A DNA stretch of 64,000 nt from Isurus oxyrinchus (GCA_026770705.1 JANJGN010000026.1:31248001-31312000); one strand, 5' to 3'. Shown: positions 25,743-40,028, counted from the stretch's first letter. A program made the numbers and translations. Notes: generated by a model not told the origin, from the sequence alone.

Positions 25743-26401
25743 AAGAGATTAAAATGTTGGCTGTTTAAAGTCAATGATGGATATTCAATGTCTCGGTCAC
25801 GTGTTTATTTTTCCCGCTCCTCATTGGCTTGAAATTGATATTGTTCACCGGATATAAGGAGGTTGTTTGTTAGCCCGCTGCTCATTTCCCCCGCGGTTCA
25901 GCTCTGAACCTATCAGTTGTCTGAAGACCAGCAGCTTCTTCTGCTCCGCGAGGAGGGAAGTGAGGGGAAGCACATCTCTTTATGAGAATCATTCTCGCAA
26001 GCGACCAGCCTGACACTGGATGTGCAAATCCAGTGGAAACCATCCCTTACAAAATGAGTGAGCTCCCGAGGCGCTGTAACTCAGTAAACATTTAACGCCA
26101 TCAGAACAGCCCAAGGAGCCATTTCCTTACAGAATGTGTGGAGCCTGTGGACTTGTGTGTAACAAAACAAGTAAAATACTCACCATGATTTCTAAACCCC
26201 TTTCCCGGGGGAATGGGCGGGGTCGATGATACTCTACCTACCAAGCGAGTCAGCATATTTAGGATAATCTAGTTATCCTTTCCTTATAGGATGGGTGAAG
26301 CCTGTGGAAAGTAGGCCACATAATAGTACCTGTGTAGGGGCTGGCTGATGGAAACCCGCAGCGGGTATTGTATGGGCCCACTTGGTCTCGGCCCCACCAT
26401 G

Positions 26402-28978
26402 TCTCACTGTACACCCAACACTCCAACGTCTGATGCCGTGATGCCCTCAATACTGAGAATGTCATAACTTCTAGTTATGTCAGTACATAACATTAGAGGA
26501 GCATTTCGGGAAAGCTGACCATAATTCAGTAGGTTTCAAGGCACAAGTGGATAAGGATAACAGGAGTCCTCGGGTTAAGGTGCTTAATTGGGGGAAGGCT
26601 AATTAGAGCAATGTTAGGCAGGAGCTGAGGAATCTAGACTGCAGGCGGATGTTTGAGGGCAAATCAACAATGGACATGTGGGGGGCTTTCAAACGTCAGT
26701 TGATAAGAGTTCAGGACCGGCAAGTTCCTGATAGGATGAAGGATAAGCATGGCAAGTTTCAGGAACCGTGGATAACGATGGATATTGTGAGATTAGTCAA
26801 AAAGAAAAGGGAAGCATTCGTAAGGGCTAGAAGGCTGGGAACAAATGAAGCCCCTGGAGAATATAAAGAAAGTATGAAGAAACTTAAGCAAGGAGTCAGT
26901 AGGGCTAAAACGTTGTCATGAAAAGTCACTGCCAACTAGGATTAAGGAAATCCCCAAGGCCTTTTATACATATGTAAAAAGCAAGAAGGTAGCCAGTGAA
27001 AGGTTTGGCCCACTCAGGGGCAGAGGTGGGAATCTGTGTGTGGAGCCAGAAGAAATGGGAGAGATACTAAATGAATACTTCTCATCAGTATTCACCAAAG
27101 AGAAGGACCTAGCGGTCGATTTGCCTAGGGAAGAGTGTGTCGATAGCCTGGATCATGTGGAGATAAAAAAAGAGGAGGTGTTAGGCGTCATGAAGAATAT
27201 TAAGGTGGATAAGTCCCCAGGGCCAGATGGGATCTACCCCAGAGTACTGAGGGAGGCAAGGGAGAAGATTTCTGGGGCCTTGACAGAAATCTTTGTATCC
27301 TCACTGGCTACGGGAGAGGTCCTAGAGGACTGCAGAATGGCCAATGTTGTTCCATTGTTTAAGAAGGGAAGCAGGGATAATCCAGGAAATTACAGGCTGG
27401 TGAGCCTTACATCAGTGGTAGGGAAATTATTGGAGAAGACTCTTTGCGACAGGATTTACTACTATTTGGAAGCAAATGGGCATATTAGTGAGAGGCAGCA
27501 TGGCTTTGTGAAGGGGAGGTCGTGTCTCACTAACTTGATTGAGTTTTTCGAGGAAATGACAAAGATCGTTGATGATGGAAGGGCCGTGGATGTTATCTAC
27601 ATGGATTTCAGTAAGGGCTTTGACAAGGTCCCTCATGGCAGACGTATACAGAAGGTAAAGTTGCAAGGGATCAAAGGTAAGCTGGCAAGGTGGATACTGA
27701 ATTGGCTTGGTCATAGAAGACAGAGGGTAGCATTGGAAGGGTGCTGTTCAGAATGGAGAGCTGTGACTAGTGGAGTTCCGCAGGGATCAGTGCTGGGACC
27801 TTTGCTGTTTGTTGTATACGTAACTGATTTGGAGGAAAATGTAACTGGTCTAATTAGTAAATTTGCAGATGACACTAAGGTTGGAGGAGTTGTAGATAGT
27901 AAAGAGGATTGTCAAATGATACAATGGGATATAATTCAGTTTGAGACTTGGGCGAAGAAATGGCAGATGGAGTTTACACCAGACAAATGCCAGGTAATGC
28001 ATTTTGGAAGGTCTAATACAGGCAGGAATTATACAGCAAATGGCAGAACTCTTAAGTGCATCGACAGGCAGACTGATCTGGGTCTAAAGGTCAACGGATC
28101 ACTGAAAGTGGCAACGCAGGTGGATAAGGTAGTCAGGAAGGTATACGGCATGTTTCCCTTCATTGGCAGGAGTATTGAGTATAAAAACTGAGAAGTCATG
28201 CTGCAGCTGTATAGAACCTTGGTTAGGCCACACTTGGAATATTGCGTGTAATTCTGGTCGCCACATTAACAGAAAGATATAGAGGCGTTGAAGAGGGTAC
28301 AGAGGAGGTTTAGCAGGTAGCTGCCTGGTCTGGAGGTTATTAGCTATGAGGAGAGGTTGGAGAAACTCGGATTGTTCTCACTAGAGAGACGGAGATTCAG
28401 GGGCGACTTGAAAGAAGTTTACAGAATTATGAGTGGCATGGGCAGAGTAGATAGTCAGAAGATTTTTCCCAGGGTGGAGGATTCAATTAATAGGTGACAT
28501 AGATTTAAGGTGAGAGGAGAAAACTATAGGCGATATGTGCGGGGCAAGTTTTTTTAAGCAGAGGGTAGTGAGTGTCTGGAATTCGCTGCCAGAGGAGGTG
28601 GTGGAAGCATGTACGATAGTGGTGTTTAAGAGGCAGCTTGACAAATACATGAATAGGATGGGAATAGAAAGATACGGACTCGGGAAGTACAAAATGTTTT
28701 AGTTACGGGTTCTATGATCGGCGCAGGCTTGGAAGGCCGAAGGGCCTGTTTCTGTGCTGTACCTTTCTTTGTTGTTTGTTCTTTGTTCTCCTACGGTGCA
28801 AATAAAGCCTGTACGGCCCCGTCAGTATTGCGGTCACTAATGTGATGAATTCTGGGCCGCGGTTTTGTACTTGTCTACACCAGTGGTAGCCCCCGTACCG
28901 ATGGTGTTTGCACTGCACTGAGTTTCAATCAGTTGGGATAATTCCGATTACAATCGCTGATGCCATTTTCTGCCGGGT
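26402..28978 (-). pseudogene. TCR alpha-like V pseudogene split by a CR1 insertion
   Basis: 5' half ~28978-28780 (QCKHHRYGGYHWCRQVQNRGPEFIT); 3' half ~26480-26402 (ILSIEGITASDVGV..CTVR); RSS CATGGTG (26401-26395), 23 bp, ACAATACCC. Confidence 0.8.
26505..28772 (+). mobile_element. 5'-truncated CR1 LINE (ORF2 reverse transcriptase)
   Basis: ORF 27040-28191 contains KSPGPDG, QHGF, SCLTNL, YMDFSK, GVPQGSVLGPLLF and KFADD; stops and frameshifts on either side; CR1-type 3' UTR. Confidence 0.95.
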
Positions 28979-29781
28979 CTGAATGCAAGTGTCTCTTATA
29001 CTTTTCCGAATATTCAGGTCACACTGCCATGCTGAAGCCCAATTGAAGCTGACACGCACTCTGGTGGCATTTCATCGCTTTTCAGGACCCAATGCTCTCA
29101 TGCTTTCTGCTGCTTTGCACATAGCTGTAACTTGGGTGAGTCAGATCTTTGTTCCAGGATCTTCACAAAGCCGGAGTCCGCTCGGCCTCAGCCGAGTTCG
29201 CAGAGGGCCTCTTGTCTATGACAAGCCATTAAGTTGGCCATTGGGGCACAGGCTGACCTTTCACCCTGTGGCGTTTGGCTTGAGACCCAGAAGTCTAAAG
29301 AAGCGAGATCCATCTTCTGAGATGGAGCAGGAACACATCAGATGCTTTCCGGCTGCCATTCGTCTCCATTCAAATAGAGCCACAAAATGAGAAAGAGCCA
29401 CATTTGCTTCAGAAGGGAAGGTGGGGGCGGAGGGGGTTTGAGGGTTGTTGTTGTATCAGATGTGTGGTGGTGATTGCGCGGACTCAGCAGCATTAGTTAC
29501 TCTGCCATTGACCTCCCTTAGAATTGCCTGAAGAAGCATTGACAGAATGGATGCGAAGTCAGTAAAAGTGACTGAACTCTCCACTGCTTTTCCCGTGGAC
29601 CAGCGAGTGGGACAGCGACTCCCGTTACCCAGCAGACGGGTGAATGCCATGCGTTCAGTTGGAGTGGATTCCAGGAGCGAAATGGGATTTATAAGCACAG
29701 ATTGATTGATAGACAATTCCAAGGCTGGTCGGCGGCTGAGGGCTGCTCCAGGCAGAGAGCTGGGCGATATCTAGGCTTCGT

Positions 29782-30015
29782 CTGCCACCTGGTGGAGGAA
29801 ATCAAACTTTCACCCGGGCAATTTCTCCTTCCATTCAGCGGGCCAGAGTTACTCTTCAAAGCCTCTTAGATGGGCACTGACCCGAAACGGCTGTGGTGAC
29901 AATTCGGCAGTCGCATGTAGCACAAGACAAAGTGCAGTGAACAGGTCAGATCTAGAGGAGACCTCCCAGCTAAAAGAATAGATACATTATCAGTGACAGT
30001 ACTCGCCCCCAGTGG
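29782..30015 (-). promoter_or_regulatory. Pair of CTCF motifs
   Basis: CCACCAGGTGGCAG (29795-29782) and CCACTGGGGGCGA (30015-30003). Confidence 0.5.
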
Positions 30016-30959
30016 GAGTAGCGTTTAATTCTTGTCCCTGCACATTCCAGATAGTATTTTCCACCATTTCTAACTTTTACCTATGGTATCACTTATTGTC
30101 TTCCACGCATCTTGCTAAGATGATAGTAATAAATGAACCAAGTCACTAAATCAATCAGTAATTATACCATTCCCATCAGTGAGTCTGCCTCCTGTGATCC
30201 AGTTTATTTTAGGTAAAATATACTTTATTCATAAAATATCTGAAAGAATAGTTCAAAGCGTTTCAAAGTGGTCATCACAAAAAATGAAATCATATTACAG
30301 TTTTCCAAATAGATCATGAAGTGCTTCAATGCAGTCAATGAATATTATAAACATGTCAACGTGGCCTTTACAGACAGTGAGCCAGCGCAACTGTACTTAA
30401 ACTATCTACACAACGGTTGCAATCTGAGATGCTCCAATGCAATTGTGACACATGTATTATTCACTGCATGAAATTCCTTCCCTGTCGCTGGGTTAAAATC
30501 TTGGAACTCCCTCCCGAACAGCACTGTGGCTGAACCTGCACCACATGAACTTCAGCGGTTCAAGAAGATAGCTTACCACCAACTTCTAATGCAATTACAC
30601 ATAGGTCATAAATGCTGGCCCAGCCAGCGAAGCCCATATCCCATGAATGAATAACAATTGAACATGTCTTCCAGGAGCCCGTAGAAAGCCTCACACTGAG
30701 AATTCCAGTCAGTGCGCATAAGAGGGCTCCTTCACACCAATGAGGAGGAGGAAGAATTCAGGCTCCACGATGAATTTCAGGGATGCCTTCCCTTGAAACC
30801 AGTCTCTACTCCTTTATCTATATTTTTCCCTTTCAATACAGGTGACAATCAGTACCGGATTTAGAGTAGTTTATTTCAACTCACAATATAAACCAAAGTT
30901 GAATTTCAGAAATGCATCTATATCTTTTTTTTACCTTATGCTGTCCTACTTTTGCTGGT

Positions 30960-31320
30960 ATTCCCATCCATCTGCTATCGGAAGGTGCTGTCGAATGAGC
31001 CTCGGTGAATTCCTGCCGTGCATCTTGTATATGGTACACATTGCTGCGACGGTGCTTTGGTGGTGGAGGGAGTGAATGTCTGTGAATGTGGTGCCAATTA
31101 AACGGACTGCTTTGTCCTGAGCGGTGTCCAGCTTCTGGAGTGTTTTGGGAGCTGCACTGATCCAGGCGAGTGAGGAGTATTCCATCACACTCCTGATTTT
31201 TACCTTGCAGAAGGTAGATAGACTTTAGTGAATAGGGGAGTGAATTACTCGTCGCAGGATTCCCAGCCACTGACCTGCTCTTGTAGCCACAGTATTTATA
31301 TGGTTAGTGCAGTCCAGCCC
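30960..31320 (-). mobile_element. LINE (CR1/L2 group) ORF2 3' fragment
   Basis: MEYSSLAW...LDTAQDKAVRLIG, same family as 34940-36110. Confidence 0.8.
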
Positions 31321-31708
31321 TGTGATTACTGAACCAAGCATAGATCGCCCTCGGTTTGCATCCTGTTTGCAGGTGTCTCCCTCATCCTCCATTAACCTTG
31401 ATTTACTGGTGATAATGAACAACGAATGAGGATCGGACGTCAGGTCAAATTCCCTTCCATGTCTGTCTGCCCGATCGGATTCTGCAGTTTGTTTTATTTT
31501 CTGGGCCGCTCCTGGGAACAGTTGGGCGGCAGTTTGATCCGAGGTTAATGTGGTTTCGCGTCGCTATGTGTCTGAGCGGCTGGCAGCGCCGCTGAGCATT
31601 GTCACTTCATCTACCCGAGATTCGACACAGACCCCAACAGACTGGAGTTCCCACTAACAGTGCATAGGCAGTTTTTGTACAAGGGTGAGACTGATTTTCA
31701 TCACTGTG

Positions 31709-32176
31709 CGTCCCAGAAAGCGCAGTAATAGACGGCGGCGTCAGTCAGCTGCAGACTCGAGATGGTTAAACTGGTGAATTTAGTGGAGATCTGGAGCTTT
31801 ACAGAGAAACGACTTTTCGCAAATTCTGCTTTATTCTCATTGCCAGAATTATCCTTGTACAGTACAAACTGGGGCTGTGTGTCTGGGTGTTGCCGGTACC
31901 AGTATAACCTATAGCCGCTCCTTGTAGTATCATAGTTACATTTCAAAGTCACCTCTTCGCCTTCGGTCTTAACATCTGATGAGAGTGGCTGAGTGACAGA
32001 ATCTCCATGAGTCCCGCCTGGAAAAGATGTATTAAAACAGTAAAGTTAAGACCGATAGCTTATTGAAATCTGATTGAAAACATGCCTGAGAAAAGAGAGA
32101 AAAGATGAAGTGTATTCCCTTCACGTTTACCTGTCAGAATCGCTGTCCACACAGCGCAGATGCTGAGTAGCCGCAT
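31709..32176 (-). CDS. Intact TCR alpha/delta V segment
   Basis: Leader 32176-32131 (MRLLSICAVWTAILT, GT donor); V exon 32017-31709 open, with LKC, LYWYRQHP and DAAVYYCAFWD; RSS CACAGTG, 23 bp, ACAAAAACT. Confidence 0.95.
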
Positions 32177-32204
32177 TGTCGCTGTCCGCCCTGCCAAACG
32201 GCTG

Positions 32205-32300
32205 CTCGATATTTGAAGACACCCTTTCTAATCCCCGCCCTCAATAATCTGTTGCTCTGTCTCAGGATGCTTACACCTCACTTCCTGTGTCCCCTGTGGT
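32205..32300 (-). promoter_or_regulatory. Conserved V-family promoter block
   Basis: atttgaagacaccctttctaatccccgccctcaataat recurs upstream of the V segments at 41482 and (inverted) 51076. Confidence 0.6.
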
Positions 32301-33719
32301 GAGCCGTGAACGCCAGGTTTTGAGAGATCAGAGAGTAACTCGAAGCGCCTTGACCTAGATTACACTCACTATCCTTACAGAGGGAATCGATTCGGATTTA
32401 CAGTGCAGGATTGGGGAAGAAATCCTTCCTGATCCGATGGAGTCCAACTGGACGTTATTAAGATGGAGAAGGAACAGATATAATGTTTCCAGGCTTTCCG
32501 ATTATGCAGAGCTATGGTGGAAATTAAGCTATCGAGAGGCTGCAAAGGGGCGGTTGTTTGTCAATGCACGAAAATGGTAAACGTGAACACATTTCGAAGA
32601 AAAAGGTTATTCTCCTTGACAACAAGAATGTAGAAAATGAAGCACTGCTTCTCGTTTTGAAATGGTGAAATCTATTTCATGTCGGTTTTTCATGTTTTAA
32701 CTCAATTCTCCGGGGCTCCCTCTCTCTCTTCTTCCCCAAGAGTTCCCTTAAACTTGTCCAGGTGATACTCCTCCCTAACTCTCACTGAACGTAATTAGAA
32801 CATATTCGTTATTCCCTGTGTGTACGAAAGATATCTCGATATTGCATTTTGAGCTCTTATATGTTTTATCAATGTTCTCCAGTTTTATTTCAACACTTCC
32901 ATTGAGGATATTGCTGTAGGGTACGTTTCCACACAGCCACTGCCCGATACGGCTACATTGGGGCACTCGGATGGGGTGGTGATTGAAATAATTTTTAATT
33001 CATTCTTTAGAATTGAACACAGCCGGCATGGGCAAAATTAAGCGCGCATTGCGACATGTCATTGCGAAGGTGATGGTGAGCTGTCTTGTCTGTGATGTAG
33101 ATGCACACACAGTCCTATTCTTCTGTGGTGGCTTGATTCAAATTAGTGGCCTGCGAGGAAATTTCCGGGCGCAGTAATGAAGCAAGCTCATTGCTGTGAA
33201 TTTGCCGTCCCATGGGCAAAAGTGACGGATTTCCTTATCCGAGGCAGGTTAGTGAACCAGGTGCGGTTTTATAACCATGTGACACTTCCATGATCTTTGT
33301 TTCGCTTTGAACTCATATCTCCAGGGTATTAATGCTCTGTATTACTCTCATCAGCAGCATTACCACTATTCTATCGCCTGGTCTTTTGTTCAGCCGACTG
33401 TTACATGACACAAGTACTGTAGTCTGTCTCCTGGGACTGGATTCTTTCAATTGAATTAGCATCCAAACGCTTTGATATAAGCCAAGGATGACGCGAGAAA
33501 TCCTTTCAGATTGTATATGTATTACATCCGTCTCGCCTCGGCCCAGCAACAGCTTCCGTTGTTTGCTCTCTCTGCCTGTCCCGCCTTGCCCGCTCTGATA
33601 TCAGGAATATTTCTGTCGGCGTTCCCTGTTTGTCATGAACGAGAAATCCAGTGGGACGGGTAATTACATCACTTATCTGACCGCGGGCATCCCGGAGAGT
33701 TACAGAGTCAGGAATCAAT

Positions 33720-34245
33720 CTGTGGAACTCTCTAGCGCCGGTCTTCATTATTATTTCACTTCTCGCTATGTTTTGCTGCCGAATAGAATTCTATTCTCCC
33801 ACTGTCTGAACTACTGTGGATATTACAGTTTGTAATCGGGTGCTGATGTTGGTGGGTCTATTCACCCTCCTTCCCAACGTCTTTTGAATCTATTTGTTTT
33901 AACGTGTGTGCATCTAATCTGCTCGTTCTCAGCCTGATTTCGGGATCCGGGTCATGGAGATTCGCTCACATAGTCGCTGCCTTCAGAAATTAAGATGGAA
34001 GGAGCGGGAGTGGCTTTAGCTTGCGCCCATAGTAATGCTCACGTCAGCAGGTATTGTTTCCCTTGGTATCGGCCACAACTCATCCCAATTTTACCCTGCT
34101 AGAATTACCTGCGGTTATGAAGGCAAACAGATTTTGAGAGAAGATAATTTGTTTTTCACAGCTTGGAGAAATTGTTCACTTCGCCCATCCCGAGTGTGCA
34201 GCTGACCGAAAGTGCTGATCGAAAGTACTCATTGAGAGTCTTAGC
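33720..34245 (+). pseudogene. Highly decayed TCR V pseudogene
   Basis: Leader relic 33720-33765 (LWNSLAPVFIIISLL); exon from ~33945 reads GHGDSLT*SLPSEIKMEGAGVALAC...PWYRP...; upstream region similar to those at 46320 and 47800. Confidence 0.7.
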
Positions 34246-34939
34246 AACATCCCTGACATGAAACTGCACCTGCCTTGTAGACCAGAAGCTCTGTCAGTTC
34301 ACGTCAATTACAACAGTGCTGAGGTGTGAAAACCATGGCAACAGGCGTCATGCTCCAGGGTAACCTAAGTAGGACAATTAGACAGGGTCTAATCTATTAT
34401 CAATGGAGACATGGTCTCCAATGGAAATAAAATGCAGGGCTATGTTGAAGCAGCAGTGAGGGTGGGAGGGGAGGTTTTGAAGAATGGATAGTTCTTTTAT
34501 TCCAGGGTGCTGAGCGGCTTCGCCTACTGCTTGGATTTAGGGTCAGTCTGGAAAGCTATGGCTCATTGGCTCAATCCGACACTTTTTATTTTGCGCCTAT
34601 AATTCATAACAAAAATATAAGCACGAATATAGTGCCTTTCATGATCGCTGGACGCCACCTAATGGTGGCACACCAGCTGCACATTGACCAAGTGTAAATC
34701 TTTCCTGTTTGTAAAGGTGCATGGCTGTCCATGTTATTTCCAGCCCTTCAGAACATTACATCTGTGTACGCCTTGATGCAATGGTATGGAGCAGGCGACA
34801 TTATCCCTCTGAGGTCTCCACAGGTTGCCTGGAATAAGCCTGTTGCAAAGAGTTAAAGTACTACGATCACCGTCAATGCAAAAGGCACTGCTGGCTCCCA
34901 GGGCAGCTGGATTGGATCTCCCCTGAGAGTTTCTCACAT

Positions 34940-36110
34940 CGTGAAGCCATTTGTGGTCCAGACCTAGCTGCGCCCCTAGCCAAGCTGTTCCAGTACAGCC
35001 ACAAAACTGGCACCTACCCGGGAATATGGAAAAGTGCCCAGGCATGTCCTGTACACAAAAAGCAAGACAAGTTGACTCCGGTCAAATACCGCCTCATCAG
35101 CCTACTCTCCATCATCAGTAAAGTAATAAAAGAGGTTACCAACATTGCTATCATGTGACACTTGCTTATCAATAACCTGTTTCATCAATGACCCCCCTTC
35201 TACCGTAAAGCCAGAAGTAGGGATGTTCGTTGATGATTGCACAATGTTCTGAACCATTTGTGACTGTGCAGATACTGAGGCAGCCCATGTACAAATGCAG
35301 CAAGACCTGGGCAATACTTAAGCTTGGACTGACAAATAGCAATTACCATTCACGGCCAACAAATGCCAGGCAATGACCATGTCCAACAAGAGAGAATCGA
35401 AGCATCAACCCTTGATGTTCAATTGCATTACCGTCACTGAATCTCCCACTATCAACATCCAGGTTGTTACCATTGACTAGAAACTGAACTGGACTAGCCA
35501 TATAAATACCATAGCTACGAAAGCAGGTCAGAGGGTAGGAATCTTGCGACGATTGGCTCACCTCTTAACTCCCCAAAGCCTGTGCACCATGTACAAGGCA
35601 CAAGTCAAGAGTGTGATGGAATACTTTCCACTGGCCTGGATATGTACAGCTCCAACAAGGCTCAAAATGCTTAAAACCGCCCAGGACAAAGCAGTCCGCT
35701 TGATTGGCAACCTATCCAAAAACATTCACTCCCTCCACCACCGATGCACAGCAGCAGCAAAATTCCCTGTAGGGATTCACAAAGGCCCTTATTGACAACA
35801 CTTTCCAAACCTACGACCCGTACCATCTAGAAGTGAAAGGGCAGCAGATAGATGGGAACACCAACGGCTGGAAGTTTCCTCCAAACCACACACCATCCTG
35901 ACTTGGAAATATATCGTCGTTCCTTCACTGTCGCTGGGTCAGAATCCTGGATCTCCCTTCCTAACAGCATTGTGGGTGTACCTACACGACTGAACTGCAG
36001 CGGTTCAAGAAGGCAGCTCACCACCACCTTCACAAGGGAAATTAGGGATGCGCAATAAATGCTGGCCCAGCCAGCGACGCCCACATCCCGTACATGAATC
36101 GAAAAAGAAT
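34940..36110 (+). mobile_element. LINE (CR1/L2 group) ORF2 remnant with 3' UTR
   Basis: Decayed RT motif GMFVDD; YKAQVKSVMEY; tail shared with 30470-30650, 38840-39340, 43250-43450 and 43700-43930. Confidence 0.8.
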
Positions 36111-37030
36111 ACAATCATTGAATGATGTCAAACGTCTTTAACATCGCGGGATATTTAATCAGGCTCATAATTATTACGATCGTTTCCAGCTAGCGGACTC
36201 CTGCTTCCCCTGCAGGCTGGTATATAAAACCAATTATTACAGCTTTGTCTGAAGGAGCCGGAAACCGACAGAGCTCGTTCCAGGAAAGCGGTTGAGAGTT
36301 TGTTTTTTTTTTAACGGGAATGACGAGCAGCCAATTCTGCCCTCATTGCCTTAATGCAATCATTAGAGAGAGAGAGAGCCAGTGTTCAACATGAACGTAA
36401 TTGGATGGTGGTTATGTTTATCGCCCCCGGCGCCTGTGTGGTCTTTCAATTGTCTTCGGAGCATAATTCCGAAACACCGGCCCTCTGAACTGAAGGAAAC
36501 AATGACAGGAACAATTCTGATTTCTCCCGCCAGATGGCAGCAAACCCTCAGGGGCGGCTTATATTGTACATGATTTGTATTAATATGTTCAAATGTCTTT
36601 AACATTTCGGAACATTTAATGAGGTTCATATATTTATCATGACCTTCTCCCCTTGGCATACTTCTGTTTACGCTGCAGACTAATCTTTTAGCACAATGAT
36701 TCCTTGTCCCCTTGCCACGAGCTGTCCCTGAAGCAGCGGTAAACTGGTAGAATTGGTTTCAGGAAAGGGGCTGGAGATTGTTCTGGCAAATGGGAACTGG
36801 CGAGCAGCCAATTCAGCCTCCACAACGTTAATGCAATCAACAGGAAGAGGGTCAGCATTCAAACGGAAAGATTTCAGCTGCTGTATATGTGGATTGTGCT
36901 TGTTCTTTTTGCCCACAGGATTGCTTTCACGTGTCATGTCTGTGATAAACAACACTCAGCAGACAGCAGCTTTGAGCCAGAAAGCTGCAGCACTTATTGT
37001 ACGAGGTTTGCACTCGTTCCCTTCACTGTG

Positions 37031-37330
37031 AGACTCTGTGCACAGTAATAGACCGCAGTGTCAGACAGCCACAGCTCCGGGATGGTCAAGCGGTACAACT
37101 TGTCTGACTGCTGGGTTGTATCAGAAAACCGGCTCTGAGCGAAATTCACCTTATATTCCGCACTTCCGTGTATATCTGGACTCCAATCTCGGGCTGTTTT
37201 CCGGGGTACTGACGGTATCAGAATAAGTAATATCCAGTGCCGGTATAGGTGCAGGTTAAAGTGACACCTTCTCCCTCTCTCTGTGTGAGTGAGGATTCCC
37301 GCTGAGTAACAGAATCCCAATCGCTCGGAT
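37031..37330 (-). pseudogene. TCR alpha/delta V pseudogene
   Basis: DSVTQ...VTLTCTYTGTGYYLF*YRQYPGK (conserved Trp codon is TGA), frameshift, then FAQSRFS...DTAVYYCAQS; RSS CACAGTG (37030-37024), 23 bp, ACAATAAGT. Confidence 0.9.
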
Positions 37331-39795
37331 CTGGAACGCACGGTTAAAGAAAGCGGAAATCAGCGATTAAAACTTCAACTGAACTGACAGCAATAATTCA
37401 CAGAGAGTTTTACTTAGACGGAGATATCATTGGGGCGATAGAAAAGGTTATTGGGCGCAAGTAGTGCCTGCGGGTGTTTACAATCGCCAGCATCACCTTC
37501 CATCACTCCTCATTAACTCTACTATCATATCCTCCTCTTCATTCTCCTATCACCTGTCCAATTATATCAGTGACACTGTTCACCCGAAATCCTCTTTGTA
37601 AATGTAAAGTGAACATTCTAACCATTCCCTGGGTGCAAACCCTCTCCTGAAAACTCCATTGGATATTTTTTCGCACTCTTGTGTTTGTGCCCCGTAGCTC
37701 TATAATCCGTGACATTTGGAAAGTTTTCCATTTCAACCCTATCAACCTCTTTCATCTATTTACGGATCTCTGTCAGCTAGTCCCTCAGTCCTGACTTAAC
37801 TGTGGAGAAGAACCCTACCATCTCCAATTATTCCTCATCGATGTTGTCTCTCAATTCTGTTCTCGTCTTGGTAAATATTTTTCCCCTAAATTTCTCCTGA
37901 TCTTCTATTTGCTTTTGGTGAAACTGCAAATGTGGTCGAACAGCGTGCTGTTGAAAGGATAACACCAACTCTCTGCTTTTCACGTTGATTCATCCTGAAA
38001 TTAATGTTACTTTCTAAAAATGTTTCATCCTCTTACCGCCAATGAATGGCCCCCAGATCACAGCGTTAAGAGAGAGCCACATTGCTGCTGCTTCAGAATC
38101 CCAGGGTCTTTTCTGTGTCTCAGGGAGCTGCACAATATCCAATCAAAAAGCACTAATGTCACCTTCCTATGAGAAAGAGTCGGGATTGGTCCGATGTCAC
38201 TTCCTGCGGAACATCAAATATAAAGAGCTGAGAGGGACTCCGCACATGGCCTCTCCATTTGTGACAATATCAGAGCATCAGGTAAAAGGAGGAATTGCTC
38301 CAATTCCTGTCTGTGTAGCAACATCTGAAATGGTTTAATGAAGGTTCTCCAGGTCATTAATTCCTGGAAAAATATAAGATCCTTACTTTCTTGGAACATT
38401 TTATCACAAAGAACACATTAATGTCAGCTTAGTGGGGGCGAGAGGAAATCTTACCGGAGGATTCACTGTAACCAGTGAACGATGCAGTTATCCATCTCTC
38501 TTAGTTCTATAGTTAACTGCACATAGCAGCGCATTTATCATAGACCGTTCTGATCTAGCTTGAACGTACCACACTACGAAGAAATAATCTTTCTCATCGC
38601 CAATAAGGGGGGAAATTGAGCAGAGAGTGAATAATGTCCGCTCTTCAGAGTAAGTGTGGCCCGTGGTTTCTTTTAACGTTCCTTCTGCGCTTATGTCAAA
38701 TACTCCTGCGACAATGGAAGATATTATGATAATTCAAACACACAGTTTGTCTGTTTGTGGTACCCAGGTGCCAATTCTTTGACAATGTTGGTAACATCCC
38801 GATTGGGAATATGGGCCCGTTCTTCAAATATTCGCTTGATTGTAACGGAACATTCTCCATTTGCCTGGATGATTACAGCTCCCACAGCTCCCACAACACT
38901 CAAGAAGCTCAACTCCATCAAGGACAAAGCAGCTCACTTAACTGGCACCACACCACAAACATTCATTACCTCCACCACCGACGCACAGCAATAGCAGGAA
39001 GTACCATCTATAAGATGCACTGCAGGAATTCGCAAAGGCTCCTTCGACAGGGCCATCCAAAACCACGACCACTACCATCTAGAAGGACAAGGGCAGCAGA
39101 TAGATGAGAACACCACCACCTAGATGTTCCCCTCCAAATACCTCACAATCCTGATTTGGAAATATATAATCATTGCATTACTGTCACTGGGTCAAAATCC
39201 TGGAACTCCCTCGCTAACAGCATTGTGGATGCACTTACACCACATGGGCTGCAGCGTTTGAGAAGGCAGCTCACCAGCATCTCGTCAAGGGCAACTAGGG
39301 ATGGGCAATAAATGTTGGTCCAGCCAGTGCAGCCCGCAGCTGGCAGATCAATGAGAAAAACTCTTTCTGCTGTTGAGCAAAAATATCGCTGTCAAGTGAT
39401 CAGCGAGCGCCCTCCACTGGATAGCATCGAAACACACAATGGCACACATGCATATATATTCAAATAGCCACGCTCGGTGGCCAGAAATAGATGTTGCTAA
39501 TTTTTTTCTTTGATTGCAGAAGCTGCGAGAGCGCAATTTACCTCAATCGCCACCTGAGACTCATTCATGAGTTTGTTGTTTTTATTGCAGCGGTGTACAC
39601 CCACCGCGCTGTTAGGGAGAAAGATCCAGTATTCTGAGACAGCGGCAAAGAAGGAACGGGGCAGTGAAGGAAGAGCGCCCCTAATGTGTATTCTGTTTGA
39701 GGATGTGTCCCTCACTCTAGAATGTCTCCCTCCCCCATTAACCCTGATTTACAGGTGAACAACCAATGTGGATTGGACAGGATTTCTTCAGGTAT

Positions 39796-40028
39796 AAAGA
39801 CAAAACAAAACTGCGGATGCTGGAAATCCAAAACAAAAACAGAATTACCTGGAAAAACTCAGCAGGTCTGGCAGCATCGGCGGAGAAGAAAAGAGTTGAC
39901 GTTTCGAGTCTTCATGACCCTTCGACTCAAGTTCTGTCGAAGGGTCATGAAGACTCGAAACGTCAACTCTTTTCTTCTCCGCCGATGCTGCCAGACCTGC
40001 TGAGTTTTTCCAGGTAATTCTGTTTTTG
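39796..40028. mobile_element. Palindromic Penelope-like insertion with 13-bp TSD
   Basis: Inverted arms ~39831-39926 and 39936-40031; tttcttcaggtat at 39783-39795 and 40029-40041. Confidence 0.85.

Noticed and set aside
29090-29700. Leader-like stretch ending GTGAGT and a GDSVTQ-like relic on +
   Set aside because: Wrong splice phase, and no V framework or RSS found.
38080-38494. Leader-like exon with GTAAG donor and a possible decayed V on the - strand
   Set aside because: No recognisable Cys, WY or YYC motifs and no RSS; too weak to call.
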